Below are positions 29,599 to 39,369 of a stretch of DNA of 64,000 nucleotides, piece by piece (within the stretch, counting starts at the first letter, position 1; each line of letters starts with the position of its first letter). The notes under the pieces are model-generated. The model ran no database searches, was not told the DNA's origin, and was given only the letters and a program-made list of their open reading frames with translations. This stretch comes from an uncultured Verrucomicrobiae bacterium (lineage in GTDB: Bacteria > Chlamydiota > Chlamydiia > Chlamydiales > Rhabdochlamydiaceae). The stretch spans positions 64,001 through 128,000 of the forward strand of contig CAWDYW010000001.1 in the NCBI GenBank assembly GCA_963806855.1, given 5' to 3'. The translations under genes and the position numbers were made by a program.

Positions 29599-31370
29599 TA
29601 ATTGTTATTCTTCATGACAGCCCATTTAAAGTCCAGATTCCCCAATGAAGAGAGAAAAACATCCTCTACGTCATCATCCTTCATGTAGAGCATCGTGTAA
29701 TGGAGCACCGGAATAATCGGCATCGCATCCATCAACATCTTCTCGCAGCGGGCGAGCAATTGATATCGCTCATCTTGATCGACCAATTTGAATGAGTCGC
29801 TAAGCATCTGAGCATAATCTTGATTTTCCCAATTAGTATTGTTGGTACTCTGCGTCTTATACTTGAATACTTCGAGGAAATTGACCGGATCGTGGAAGTC
29901 GGCACTCCAAGAGCAATAGGCTAGATCGTAGGCTTGATGAGAGATCCGATCGAAATAAACTTTCCTCTCGAGCGCCTCTAAAGCAATCCGCACGCCAAAA
30001 GTCTCAAACCATTGTTGCTGAATTGCCTGCACAATCAGATGTGTCCTTTCCTGAGAAATATAAGTGAGGGTAATTTTTGGCAGATCTTCCCGTGTCAGCC
30101 CAACTTCATTTAAAGCTTCCTCGAAAAGTTGCAGTGCTTCTGTGCCCGCTCCATCCTCGAAGTAAGGCTCTGGCTGCAATTGCATCGAAGGAGGCACGAG
30201 CCGCATCGCAGGGATTTGTCCCCCTCTTGTCACATGCTCAGCAATCGCTCCTCTTTCGATCGCCAGGGCCAGCGCCCGTCTGAATTTAGGATGATTCAAT
30301 AAATCTTTCTCAACGTTGACTCTCAAAAATGCAGTCATCGCACTTGGCTTTACATAGACCTTGCCCTTCTCCTTAAGCGGAACAATCGCATCGAGCGGGA
30401 GGGTCGAAAGGGGCGATCCAACCCAATGGAGCTGCTTCTTCTCAAACATCCCGAGGGCCGTATTCCCATCGAGCATCACCATTTCGATCCCATCGATTTT
30501 GACACTCTCAGCATCCCAGTATTGAGGATTCTTCCTCGCCAAAATTTCATCATGATGGCGCCAGTGGCCGAGAAGGAATGGGCCGTTGCTGACATAATTC
30601 TCTTCTCTCTCAGCCCACTTTGGCTGCGCTTCTTCTACTTTTTGATTAATCGGCGAAAAAAATGGAGCAGCGAGCAATTCTAAAATATAGGGAGTCGGAT
30701 ACTCGAGGTCAACTTGCAGAGTCCGCTCATCTAAGGCCTTTACTCCAAGCTGCTGCACAGGGAGCGATCCATCCTTTACCCCTTTCCCATTCTTAATCAC
30801 ATAGAGTTGAGAGGCATTATCACAATTAAAGTCGGGGCTCAAAACCCTCCTCCATGCATAGGCAAAATCTCCCGCCGTCACCGCATCCCCATTCGACCAC
30901 TTGGACTCTCGCAAAGTGAAGACATACCGCTTCAGATCATCGGAGATCTCCACGCTCTGTGCAAGAGCCAGCTGCGGCTGTTCATTTGGACCAATTCTGG
31001 TCAGCCCCTCAAAAAACATCCTCATCACCATTTGGGCGCTTGGATCGCGAGCGAGCCTCGGATCCAAAGTATGCGGCTCATCTCCCAGGTTGAACTTGAG
31101 GATTTTAGCCGAAGAAATTTTAGCCTTAGAACAGTGACAACTACAGGCTAAAAGAGCTAAAGCTAAAAAAAGGAAACCCCAAAGAGGGAATTGCAAAACT
31201 CGCTTCAGAGGCCAAATTCGATGATTTCGAAGCAGGTTCGCGTTGCTCGCAAGTTGACATATCCTGATGGCCATAGGCGACTTGCGAGAAATCCGAATCC
31301 TGCCTCGAAAGCGCGGATTTGGACCCGAATTGGAGTTTTGCAATTCCCTCAAAACTTTGGATTTGAACAT
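29598..31370 (-). CDS. oppA: Oligopeptide ABC transporter substrate-binding lipoprotein with an in-frame palindromic insertion in the signal peptide
   Basis: EPHTLDP, FEGLTR, KWSNGDAVTAGDF, SNGPF, WSADFHDP; lipobox LLAC; GAGG RBS before the ATG at 31370. Confidence 0.92.
   Translation of the reverse strand: MFKSKVLRELQNSNSGPNPRFRGRIRISRKSPMAIRICQLASNANLLRNHRIWPLKRVLQFPLWGFLFLALALLACSCHCSKAKISSAKILKFNLGDEPHTLDPRLARDPSAQMVMRMFFEGLTRIGPNEQPQLALAQSVEISDDLKRYVFTLRESKWSNGDAVTAGDFAYAWRRVLSPDFNCDNASQLYVIKNGKGVKDGSLPVQQLGVKALDERTLQVDLEYPTPYILELLAAPFFSPINQKVEEAQPKWAEREENYVSNGPFLLGHWRHHDEILARKNPQYWDAESVKIDGIEMVMLDGNTALGMFEKKQLHWVGSPLSTLPLDAIVPLKEKGKVYVKPSAMTAFLRVNVEKDLLNHPKFRRALALAIERGAIAEHVTRGGQIPAMRLVPPSMQLQPEPYFEDGAGTEALQLFEEALNEVGLTREDLPKITLTYISQERTHLIVQAIQQQWFETFGVRIALEALERKVYFDRISHQAYDLAYCSWSADFHDPVNFLEVFKYKTQSTNNTNWENQDYAQMLSDSFKLVDQDERYQLLARCEKMLMDAMPIIPVLHYTMLYMKDDDVEDVFLSSLGNLDFKWAVMKNNN
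31184..31350. mobile_element. Palindromic MITE-like element B (167 bp)
   Basis: Perfect 18-bp TIR GAGGGAATTGCAAAACTC / GAGTTTTGCAATTCCCTC; inner arms CCAAATTCG/CGGATTTGG, TTTCGA/TCGAAA, GCAGG/CCTGC, CTCGCAAGTTG/CGACTTGCGAG. Confidence 0.9.
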
Positions 31371-31421
31371 AGATGCCTCATCGTATAAATTTATCACCAG
31401 GATACCCAAGGTTTAAAAATT

Positions 31422-32108
31422 ATGTCCAGATATTGCATCGCTACCAAACCTGCCCCCCTCCTCAATACCCCCGACTTCCAAAAAGTCTTTGGATCTAAAG
31501 TTCTTCCTGTCGACGAAAAAGGGCTTCTCCGCTCCCTCGAGACAATTGCCCTTCCTGGGACAAAATTTGAAATTCTTCGAGAAGCTGCCCCCTTTGTCCT
31601 TGAGGTGACGACGAAGGATTACCCAGGAAAAGTCTTCATTGACTCCCGCTTTGTCACCCCAGTTTCAGAAGATGCTCCCGAGCGGCCCAAGATCCTCCCC
31701 GCTGCAGAAACCATTCTCCATCGCCTGAAATCGGCCTTAGGTCTTCCCTATGTTTGGGGCGGCAACTGGAAGAGCGGGATCCCTGAAATTCTCTCCCTCT
31801 ACCGCCCCCCGATCCCTCAGTCGCTTCATCCAACCTGGACCCTTTGCGGCCTCGACTGCTCCGGCCTGCTCTATGAGGCGACCGACGGGTATACACCCCG
31901 CAACACCTCAGAGCTGATCCACTTCGGCCAAGAGGTGAGCGCGCCACAGCCACTCGACATCATCGTCTATCCTGGCCATGTCGTGATCGTTTTTGATCAT
32001 CAGACGACGATCGAAAGCCGTTATGGAAAGGGAGTCGTGCTTGCCAACCTTTCCGAACGGCTCACAGAACTTAGAGAAACGAAGTTTTCGATTAGGAGAT
32101 TTCTATAG
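31422..32108 (+). CDS. NlpC/P60 family peptidoglycan endopeptidase
   Basis: LGLPYVWGG, LDCSGL, PRN, GHVVI. Confidence 0.88.
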   Translation: MSRYCIATKPAPLLNTPDFQKVFGSKVLPVDEKGLLRSLETIALPGTKFEILREAAPFVLEVTTKDYPGKVFIDSRFVTPVSEDAPERPKILPAAETILHRLKSALGLPYVWGGNWKSGIPEILSLYRPPIPQSLHPTWTLCGLDCSGLLYEATDGYTPRNTSELIHFGQEVSAPQPLDIIVYPGHVVIVFDHQTTIESRYGKGVVLANLSERLTELRETKFSIRRFL

Positions 32109-32224
32109 CAGGCTATAAAAAAGAAAGAAAGATTTTCTTGATTAAAAAATTTCATTTGAATTAAACATAAGTTAAGTAAAACAGAAGGCCCTGATGGGTC
32201 TTATGCAAAACGGAGAAATCAAAA

Positions 32225-33496
32225 ATGGTTAAAAAATACCTACCGCTCGCTGCTTTGACAGTGCTCGGATTAACAAGTGTTGCAAGTGCAGCACGCAATA
32301 CTAACTCATCAGGAAAGCCAATGAATGGCGATGTATGCGCCCCTTCACAACCAGCAGTATGCTACCCAGATGATTGCCCACCTTGCCAAAGATGCTTGGG
32401 CCCTGAAAACTTTGCTGGTAACCCACCTGTATGCCCAAAAGGCTGCAACGGCGATTTCGATATCACAGTTGCCGCTTTCTATTGGAGCACACACCAAGAT
32501 GGAATGGAGTATGCCATTGTCAACGATCAGACACAGCCAACTACTATAACTGACCGTGCTGACCTTGAAGCCTTCAACCAATTAGCAGGTGCTGAATATA
32601 AACACCCAAGTTCGAAATGGGATTGGGGTTTTAAACTCGGTCTGGGATATTGCTCACCTTGCGACGGTTGGGATGTTCAACTTCTTTGGACATGGTTCCA
32701 TGGAAGAAATCACAACGAGCTTGACGCAGATACTACTGACAATACCGCGGTTCTCCCTCTCTGGTCAGATTTTGTCGGATCTATTGGCGGACCTCTATTT
32801 GCAACAAGCGCTGAAGCTCACTGGAAAGTTAAATTAAACTTAATTGACCTTGAACTCGGACGTGATTTCTGGGTAAGTAGATACCTTGCAATCAGACCTT
32901 TCGTCGGTCTCCGTTATGCCTCAATCCGTCAACATACAGAACTCGATTATAACGGCGGAAGCTGGGCAGCTAACACAAACACCCCCATACAAGACGCCTA
33001 TAACGGCATCGTGGATCTTGAGAACAACTACAGAGGCGCTGGTCTCCGAGCAGGCTTGAATTCAGAGTGGAACTTTGGATGTGGCTGGGCTCTATGGGGC
33101 AACTTAGCTGCTTCTATTATTTATGGAAGATTTAGGGTTGATCATGATGAGATCATTCGCCAAGCAACAGGCACCCCTCACTCTGAAACAAACATTCTCG
33201 ATACAACTGAGTCTTTTAGAGCCTCTCGGGCTATCCTTGATATGGGATTGGGAGTTCAGTGGTCAACAATGTTCTGCAGCTGCAAGTATGGCTTCACAGC
33301 GATGCTCGGTTGGGAATCGCATATCTTCTTTGACCAAAATCAAATGTGGAGAGTATCAAGAGTCGACGCTGGAACAAGTGGCCCTATTACTGGTCCCACC
33401 CCAACGCTCAACCTGACAGGCGACAACGTCCTTCAGCAGCGTCGTGGAACATTAGATGCCCAAGGTTGGACACTGACATTCAAATTAGATTACTAA
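32225..33496 (+). CDS. Cys-rich MOMP-like / Lpg1974-family porin, copy 1
   Basis: Signal peptide; WDWGFKLGLGY, NLIDLELGR, RPFVGLR, GAGLRAG, GWE motifs; C-terminal WTLTFKLDY beta-signal. Confidence 0.9.
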   Translation: MVKKYLPLAALTVLGLTSVASAARNTNSSGKPMNGDVCAPSQPAVCYPDDCPPCQRCLGPENFAGNPPVCPKGCNGDFDITVAAFYWSTHQDGMEYAIVNDQTQPTTITDRADLEAFNQLAGAEYKHPSSKWDWGFKLGLGYCSPCDGWDVQLLWTWFHGRNHNELDADTTDNTAVLPLWSDFVGSIGGPLFATSAEAHWKVKLNLIDLELGRDFWVSRYLAIRPFVGLRYASIRQHTELDYNGGSWAANTNTPIQDAYNGIVDLENNYRGAGLRAGLNSEWNFGCGWALWGNLAASIIYGRFRVDHDEIIRQATGTPHSETNILDTTESFRASRAILDMGLGVQWSTMFCSCKYGFTAMLGWESHIFFDQNQMWRVSRVDAGTSGPITGPTPTLNLTGDNVLQQRRGTLDAQGWTLTFKLDY

Positions 33497-33524
33497 GAGA
33501 CCTCTCTTAGCGATTGTCAACCAA

Positions 33525-33558
33525 AAGGACCTAGAAATTCTAGGTCCTTATTTTTTTT
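33525..33558 (+). terminator. Intrinsic terminator, repeated after porin copies 1-5
   Basis: AAGGACCTAGAAATTCTAGGTCCTT followed by A and T8; near-identical copies at about 34957, 36394, 37825 and 39249. Confidence 0.85.
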
Positions 33559-33559
33559 C

Positions 33560-33647
33560 TTGAATAAAAAATTTGATTTGATTTACATCTTAGTTAAGTA
33601 AACAAAAAAGGCCGTGATGGGTCTTATGCAAAACGGAGAAATCAAAA
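33560..33647 (+). promoter_or_regulatory. Repeated sigma66-type promoter, 5' hairpin and RBS of the porin cassette
   Basis: TTGAAT-A6 tract-(17/18 bp)-TTACAT/TACATC; AAGGCC..GGGTCTT hairpin; GGAG RBS; repeated before copies 1-6 and 8. Confidence 0.65.
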
Positions 33648-34928
33648 ATGGTTAAAAAATACCTACCGCTCGCTGCTTTGACAGTGCTCGGATTAACAAG
33701 TGTTGCAAGTGCAGCACGCAATACTAACTCATCAGGAAAGCCAATGAATGGCGATGTATGCGCCCCTTCACAACCAGCAGTATGCTACCCAGATGATTGC
33801 CCACCTTGCCAAAGATGCTTGGGCCCTGAAAACTTTGCTGGTAACCCACCTGTATGCCCAAAAGGCTGCAACGGCGATTTCGATATCACAGTTGCCGCTT
33901 TCTATTGGAGCACACACCAAGATGGAATGGAGTATGCCGTTCTCACCGATCAGACACAGCCAACTGACCAAGCTCCCCCAACTCCTCCAGCTCCTGGTCC
34001 CAATATTGTATTCAACCAATTAGCAGGTGCTGAATATAAACACCCAAGTTCGAAATGGGATTGGGGTTTTAAACTCGGTCTGGGATATTGCTCACCTTGC
34101 GATGGTTGGGATGTTCAACTTCTTTGGACATGGTTCCATGGAAGAAATCACAACTCACTTGATGCAGATCCTTCTGACAACACCGCTATTCTCCCTCTCT
34201 GGTCAGAGTTTGTCTCAGGTATTGGCGGACCTCTATTTGCAACAAGCGCTGAAGCTCACTGGAAAGTTAAATTAAACTTAATTGACCTTGAGCTCGGACG
34301 TGATTTCTGGGTAAGTAGATACCTAGCCATTAGACCTTTCGTCGGTCTCCGTTATGCCTCAATCCGTCAACATACAGAACTCGATTATAACGGCGGAAGC
34401 TGGGCAGCTAACTCAACCATACAAGACGCCTATAACGGCATCGTGGATCTTGAGAACAACTACAGAGGCGCTGGTCTCCGAGCAGGCTTGAATTCAGAGT
34501 GGAACTTTGGATGTGGCTGGGCTCTATGGGGCGACTTAGCAGCTTCTATCATTTATGGAAGATTTAGGGTTGATCATGATGAAATCATTCGCCAAGCAAC
34601 AGGCACCCCTCACTCTGAAACAAACATTCTCGATACAACTGAGTCTTTTAGAGCCTCTCGGGCTATCCTTGATATGGGATTGGGAGTTCAGTGGTCAACA
34701 ATGTTCTGCAGCTGCAAGTATGGCTTCACAGCGATGCTCGGTTGGGAATCGCATATCTTCTTTGACCAAAATCAAATGTGGAGAGTATCAAGAGTCGGGG
34801 CTATACCTGGCGGAGATATTACTGGTCCCACCCCAACGCTCAACCTGACAGGCGACAACGTCCTTCAGCAGCGTCGTGGAACATTAGATGCCCAAGGTTG
34901 GACACTGACACTCAAGTTAGATTACTAA
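33648..34928 (+). CDS. Cys-rich MOMP-like porin, copy 2
   Basis: Scaffold near-identical to copy 1, different loops. Confidence 0.9.
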   Translation: MVKKYLPLAALTVLGLTSVASAARNTNSSGKPMNGDVCAPSQPAVCYPDDCPPCQRCLGPENFAGNPPVCPKGCNGDFDITVAAFYWSTHQDGMEYAVLTDQTQPTDQAPPTPPAPGPNIVFNQLAGAEYKHPSSKWDWGFKLGLGYCSPCDGWDVQLLWTWFHGRNHNSLDADPSDNTAILPLWSEFVSGIGGPLFATSAEAHWKVKLNLIDLELGRDFWVSRYLAIRPFVGLRYASIRQHTELDYNGGSWAANSTIQDAYNGIVDLENNYRGAGLRAGLNSEWNFGCGWALWGDLAASIIYGRFRVDHDEIIRQATGTPHSETNILDTTESFRASRAILDMGLGVQWSTMFCSCKYGFTAMLGWESHIFFDQNQMWRVSRVGAIPGGDITGPTPTLNLTGDNVLQQRRGTLDAQGWTLTLKLDY

Positions 34929-35078
34929 GAGAGCTCTCTTAGCAATTTTCAATAAAAAGGACCTAGAAATTCTAGGTCCTTATTTTTTTCTTGAATAAAA
35001 AATTTGATTTGATTTACATCTTAATTAAGTAAACAAAAAAGGCCCTGATGGGTCTTATGCAAAACGGAGAAATCAAAA

Positions 35079-36365
35079 ATGGTTAAAAAATACCTACCGC
35101 TCGCTGCTTTGACAGTGCTCGGATTAACAAGTGTTGCAAGTGCAGCACGCAATACCAACGCATCAGGAAAGCCAGTTAGTGGCGATGTATGCGCCCCTTC
35201 ACAACCAGCAGTATGCTACCCAGATGATTGCCCACCTTGCCAAAGATGCTTGGGCCCTGAAAACTTTGCTGGTAACCCACCTGTATGCCCTAAAGGCTGC
35301 AACGGCGATTTCGATATCACAGTTGCCGCTTTCTACTGGAGCACACACCAAGATGGAATGGAGTATGCCATTGAAAACGGGGTGACACAGCCAGCTGCTC
35401 AGGATATCGAAACCCCCAACGTCAACACTGTATTCAACCAATTAGCCGGTGCTGAATATAAACACCCAAGTTCGAAATGGGATTGGGGTTTTAAACTCGG
35501 TCTGGGGTATTGCTCACCTTGCGATGGTTGGGATGTTCAACTTCTTTGGACATGGTTCCATGGAAGAAATCACAACAGTCTTGACGCAGATCCTTCTGAC
35601 AACACCGCTATTCTGCCTCTCTGGTCTGATTTCGTTAATTCTATTGGCGGACCTCTGTTTGCAACAAGCGCTGAAGATCATTGGAAACTGAAGTTGAACT
35701 TGATTGACCTCGAACTCGGACGTGATTTCTGGGTAAGTAGATACCTTGCAATCAGACCTTTCGTCGGTCTCCGTTATGCCTCTATTCGACAGCATACAGA
35801 AATTGATTATAATGGCGGAAGCTGGGCACAAAACACCAATACTGACGCATCCGCACAACTAGCCTTTAACGGCATCGTGGATCTTGAGAACAACTACAGA
35901 GGCGCTGGTCTCCGAGCAGGCTTGAATTCAGAGTGGAACTTTGGATGCGGCTGGGCTCTATGGGGCGACTTAGCAGCTTCTATCATTTATGGAAGATTTA
36001 GAGTTGATCATGATGAAATCATACGCCTTGCGAGCGAATCTCCTCATAGCGAATTTAGCGTTCTCGATACAACTGAGTCTTTCAGAGCTTCTCGCGCTAT
36101 CCTTGATATGGGATTGGGAGTTCAGTGGTCAACAATGTTCTGCAGCTGCAAGTATGGCCTCACAGCAATGCTCGGTTGGGAATCGCATATCTTCTTTGAC
36201 CAAAATCAAATGTGGAGAGTATCACGAGTTGGAGCTGGAACAGGTGGAGATCTTGATTCTACCACCGACCTAGCGCTCAACCTGACAGGTGACAATGTCT
36301 TTGAGCAGCGTCGTGGAACATTAGATGCTCAAGGTTGGACACTGACATTCAAATTAGATTACTAA
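35079..36365 (+). CDS. Cys-rich MOMP-like porin, copy 3
   Basis: Same scaffold. Confidence 0.9.
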   Translation: MVKKYLPLAALTVLGLTSVASAARNTNASGKPVSGDVCAPSQPAVCYPDDCPPCQRCLGPENFAGNPPVCPKGCNGDFDITVAAFYWSTHQDGMEYAIENGVTQPAAQDIETPNVNTVFNQLAGAEYKHPSSKWDWGFKLGLGYCSPCDGWDVQLLWTWFHGRNHNSLDADPSDNTAILPLWSDFVNSIGGPLFATSAEDHWKLKLNLIDLELGRDFWVSRYLAIRPFVGLRYASIRQHTEIDYNGGSWAQNTNTDASAQLAFNGIVDLENNYRGAGLRAGLNSEWNFGCGWALWGDLAASIIYGRFRVDHDEIIRLASESPHSEFSVLDTTESFRASRAILDMGLGVQWSTMFCSCKYGLTAMLGWESHIFFDQNQMWRVSRVGAGTGGDLDSTTDLALNLTGDNVFEQRRGTLDAQGWTLTFKLDY

Positions 36366-36516
36366 GAGACCTCTCTTAGCAATTGTCAACCAAAAGGACC
36401 TAGAAATTCTAGGTCCTTAATTTTTTTCTTGAATAAAAAATTTGATTTGATTTACATCTTAGTCAAATAAACCAAAAAGGCTCTGTAGGGTCTTATGCAA
36501 AACGGAGAAATCAAAA

Positions 36517-37797
36517 ATGGTTAAAAAATACCTACCGCTCGCTGCTTTGACAGTGCTCGGATTAACAAGTGTTGCAAGTGCAGCGCGCAATACTAACGCA
36601 TCAGGAAAGCCAGTTAGTGGCGATGTATGCGCCCCTTCACAGCCAGCAGTATGCTACCCAGATGATTGCCCGCCTTGCCAAAGATGCTTGGGTCCAGAAA
36701 ACTTTGCTGGTAACCCACCTGTATGTCCTAAAGGCTGCAACGGCGATTTCGATATCACAGTTGCCGCTTTCTACTGGAGCGCACACCAAGATGGGATGGA
36801 ATATGCCATTGAAAACGGGGTGACACAGCCAGCTGATCAAGTTGTCGCAACCCCCAACGTTAACACTGTATTCAACCAATTAGCCGGTGCTGAATATAAA
36901 CACCCAAGTTCGAAATGGGATTGGGGTTTTAAACTCGGTCTGGGATATTGCTCCCCTTGTGACGGTTGGGATGTTCAACTTCTTTGGACATGGTTCCGTG
37001 GAAGAAATCACAACTCACTTGATGCAGATCCTTCTGACAACACCGCTATTCTTCCTCTCTGGTCTGATTTCGTTAATTCTATTGGCGGGCCTCTGTTTGC
37101 AACAAGCGCTGAAGATCATTGGAAACTGAAGTTGAACTTGATTGACCTCGAACTCGGACGTGATTTCTGGGTAAGTAGATACCTTGCAATCAGACCTTTC
37201 GTCGGTCTCCGTTATGCCTCTATTCGACAGCATACAGAAATTGATTATAATGGCGGAAGCTGGGCAGGAAATGCTACCCAACAGGCTTTCAATGGTATAG
37301 TTGACCTTGAGAACAACTACAGAGGCGCTGGTCTCCGAGCAGGCTTGAATTCAGAGTGGAACTTTGGATGCGGCTGGGCTCTATGGGGCGACTTAGCAGC
37401 TTCTATCATTTATGGAAGATTTAGGGTTGATCATGATGAAATCATTCGCCTTGCAAGTCTCTCCCCTCACTCTATAACAAGCGTTCTCGATACTACTGAG
37501 TCTTTCAGAGCTTCTCGCGCTATCCTTGATATGGGATTGGGAGTTCAGTGGTCAACAATGTTCTGCAGCTGCAAGTATGGCTTTACAGCAATGCTCGGTT
37601 GGGAATCGCATATCTTCTTTGACCAAAACCAAATGTGGAGAGTATCAAGAGTCGGGGCTGGAACACAAGGCCCCCCTCCAAACCTTGGTACAATAGACCC
37701 AACTGCGCTCAACCTCTCTGGCGACAACGTCTTTGAGCAGCGTCGTGGAACATTAGATGCTCAAGGTTGGACACTGACATTCAAATTAGATTACTAA
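36517..37797 (+). CDS. Cys-rich MOMP-like porin, copy 4
   Basis: Same scaffold. Confidence 0.9.
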   Translation: MVKKYLPLAALTVLGLTSVASAARNTNASGKPVSGDVCAPSQPAVCYPDDCPPCQRCLGPENFAGNPPVCPKGCNGDFDITVAAFYWSAHQDGMEYAIENGVTQPADQVVATPNVNTVFNQLAGAEYKHPSSKWDWGFKLGLGYCSPCDGWDVQLLWTWFRGRNHNSLDADPSDNTAILPLWSDFVNSIGGPLFATSAEDHWKLKLNLIDLELGRDFWVSRYLAIRPFVGLRYASIRQHTEIDYNGGSWAGNATQQAFNGIVDLENNYRGAGLRAGLNSEWNFGCGWALWGDLAASIIYGRFRVDHDEIIRLASLSPHSITSVLDTTESFRASRAILDMGLGVQWSTMFCSCKYGFTAMLGWESHIFFDQNQMWRVSRVGAGTQGPPPNLGTIDPTALNLSGDNVFEQRRGTLDAQGWTLTFKLDY

Positions 37798-37948
37798 GAG
37801 ACCTCTATTAACAATTTTCAACAAAAGGGCCTAGAAATTCTAGGTCCTTAATTTTTTTCTTGAATAAAAAAATTTGATTTGATTTACATCTTAGTTAAGT
37901 AAATATAAAAGTCCCTGATGGGTCTTATGCTAAACGGAGAAATCAAAA

Positions 37949-39220
37949 ATGGTTAAAAAATACCTACCGCTCGCTGCTTTGACAGTGCTCGGCTTAACAA
38001 GTGTTGCAAGTGCAGCACGCAATACTAACGCATCAGGAAAGCCAGTTAGTGGCGATGTATGCGCCCCTTCACAACCAGCAGTATGCTACCCAGATGATTG
38101 CCCACCTTGCCAAAGATGCTTGGGCCCTGAAAACTTTGCTGGTAACCCACCTGTATGTCCTAAAGGCTGCAATGGTGATTTCGATATCACAGTTGCCGCT
38201 TTCTATTGGAGCACACACCAAGATGGAATGGAGTATGCCATTGAAAACGGGGTGACACAGCCAGCTACTATAACTACCCCTGCTGACACTCAAGTCTTCA
38301 ACCAATTAGCAGGTGCTGAATATAAACACCCAAGTTCGAAATGGGATTGGGGTTTTAAACTCGGTCTGGGATATTGCTCACCTTGCGATGGTTGGGATGT
38401 TCAACTTCTTTGGACATGGTTCCATGGAAGAAATCACAACTCACTTGATGCAGATCCTTCTGACAACACCGCTATTCTCCCTCTCTGGTCACAGTTTGTC
38501 GCAACTGCTGGCACACCTATATTTGCAACAAGCGCTGAAGCTCACTGGAAAGTTAAATTAAACTTAATTGACCTTGAGCTCGGACGTGATTTCTGGGTAA
38601 GTAGATACCTTGCAGTCAGACCTTTCGTCGGTCTCCGTTATGCCTCAATCCGTCAACATACAGAACTCGATTATAACGGCGGAAGCTGGGCCGCTAGCGC
38701 AACCACCGCGGCACAATTCGCCTATAACGGCATCGTGGATCTTGAGAACAACTACAGAGGCGCTGGGCTCCGAGCAGGCTTGAATTCAGAGTGGAACTTT
38801 GGATGTGGCTGGGCTCTATGGGGCGACTTAGCAGCTTCTATCATTTATGGAAGATTTAGGGTTGATCATGATGAAATCATTCGCCTTGCAAGTCTCTCCC
38901 CTCACTCTGAAACAAACATTCTCGATACAACTGAGTCTTTTAGAGCCTCTCGGGCTATCCTTGATATGGGATTGGGAGTTCAGTGGTCAACAATGTTCTG
39001 CAGCTGCAAGTATGGCTTTACAGCAATGCTCGGTTGGGAATCGCATATCTTCTTTGACCAAAACCAAATGTGGAGAGTATCAAGAGTCAAGGCTACACCT
39101 TCTGGAACTCTTGCTACCATCCCCCCAGGGCCCAACCTGACAGGCGACAATGTCTTTGAGCAGCGTCGTGGAACATTAGATGCTCAGGGTTGGACACTGA
39201 CATTCAAATTAGATTACTAA
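37949..39220 (+). CDS. Cys-rich MOMP-like porin, copy 5
   Basis: Same scaffold. Confidence 0.9.
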   Translation: MVKKYLPLAALTVLGLTSVASAARNTNASGKPVSGDVCAPSQPAVCYPDDCPPCQRCLGPENFAGNPPVCPKGCNGDFDITVAAFYWSTHQDGMEYAIENGVTQPATITTPADTQVFNQLAGAEYKHPSSKWDWGFKLGLGYCSPCDGWDVQLLWTWFHGRNHNSLDADPSDNTAILPLWSQFVATAGTPIFATSAEAHWKVKLNLIDLELGRDFWVSRYLAVRPFVGLRYASIRQHTELDYNGGSWAASATTAAQFAYNGIVDLENNYRGAGLRAGLNSEWNFGCGWALWGDLAASIIYGRFRVDHDEIIRLASLSPHSETNILDTTESFRASRAILDMGLGVQWSTMFCSCKYGFTAMLGWESHIFFDQNQMWRVSRVKATPSGTLATIPPGPNLTGDNVFEQRRGTLDAQGWTLTFKLDY

Positions 39221-39369
39221 GAGACCTCTCTTAGCAATTTTCAATCAAAAGGGCCTAGCAATGCTAGGTCCTTATTTTTTTCCCTTGATTAAAAAATTTA
39301 GTTTGCTTTACATCTGGGTAAGAAAACAAAAAAGCTCTGTAGAGTCTTGTCAAAATGGAGAAATCAACC

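Noticed and set aside
37860..37890. A7 instead of A6 in the copy 5 promoter spacer as phase variation
   Set aside because: The tract is short and the assembly is insertion-prone, so it cannot be told apart from error
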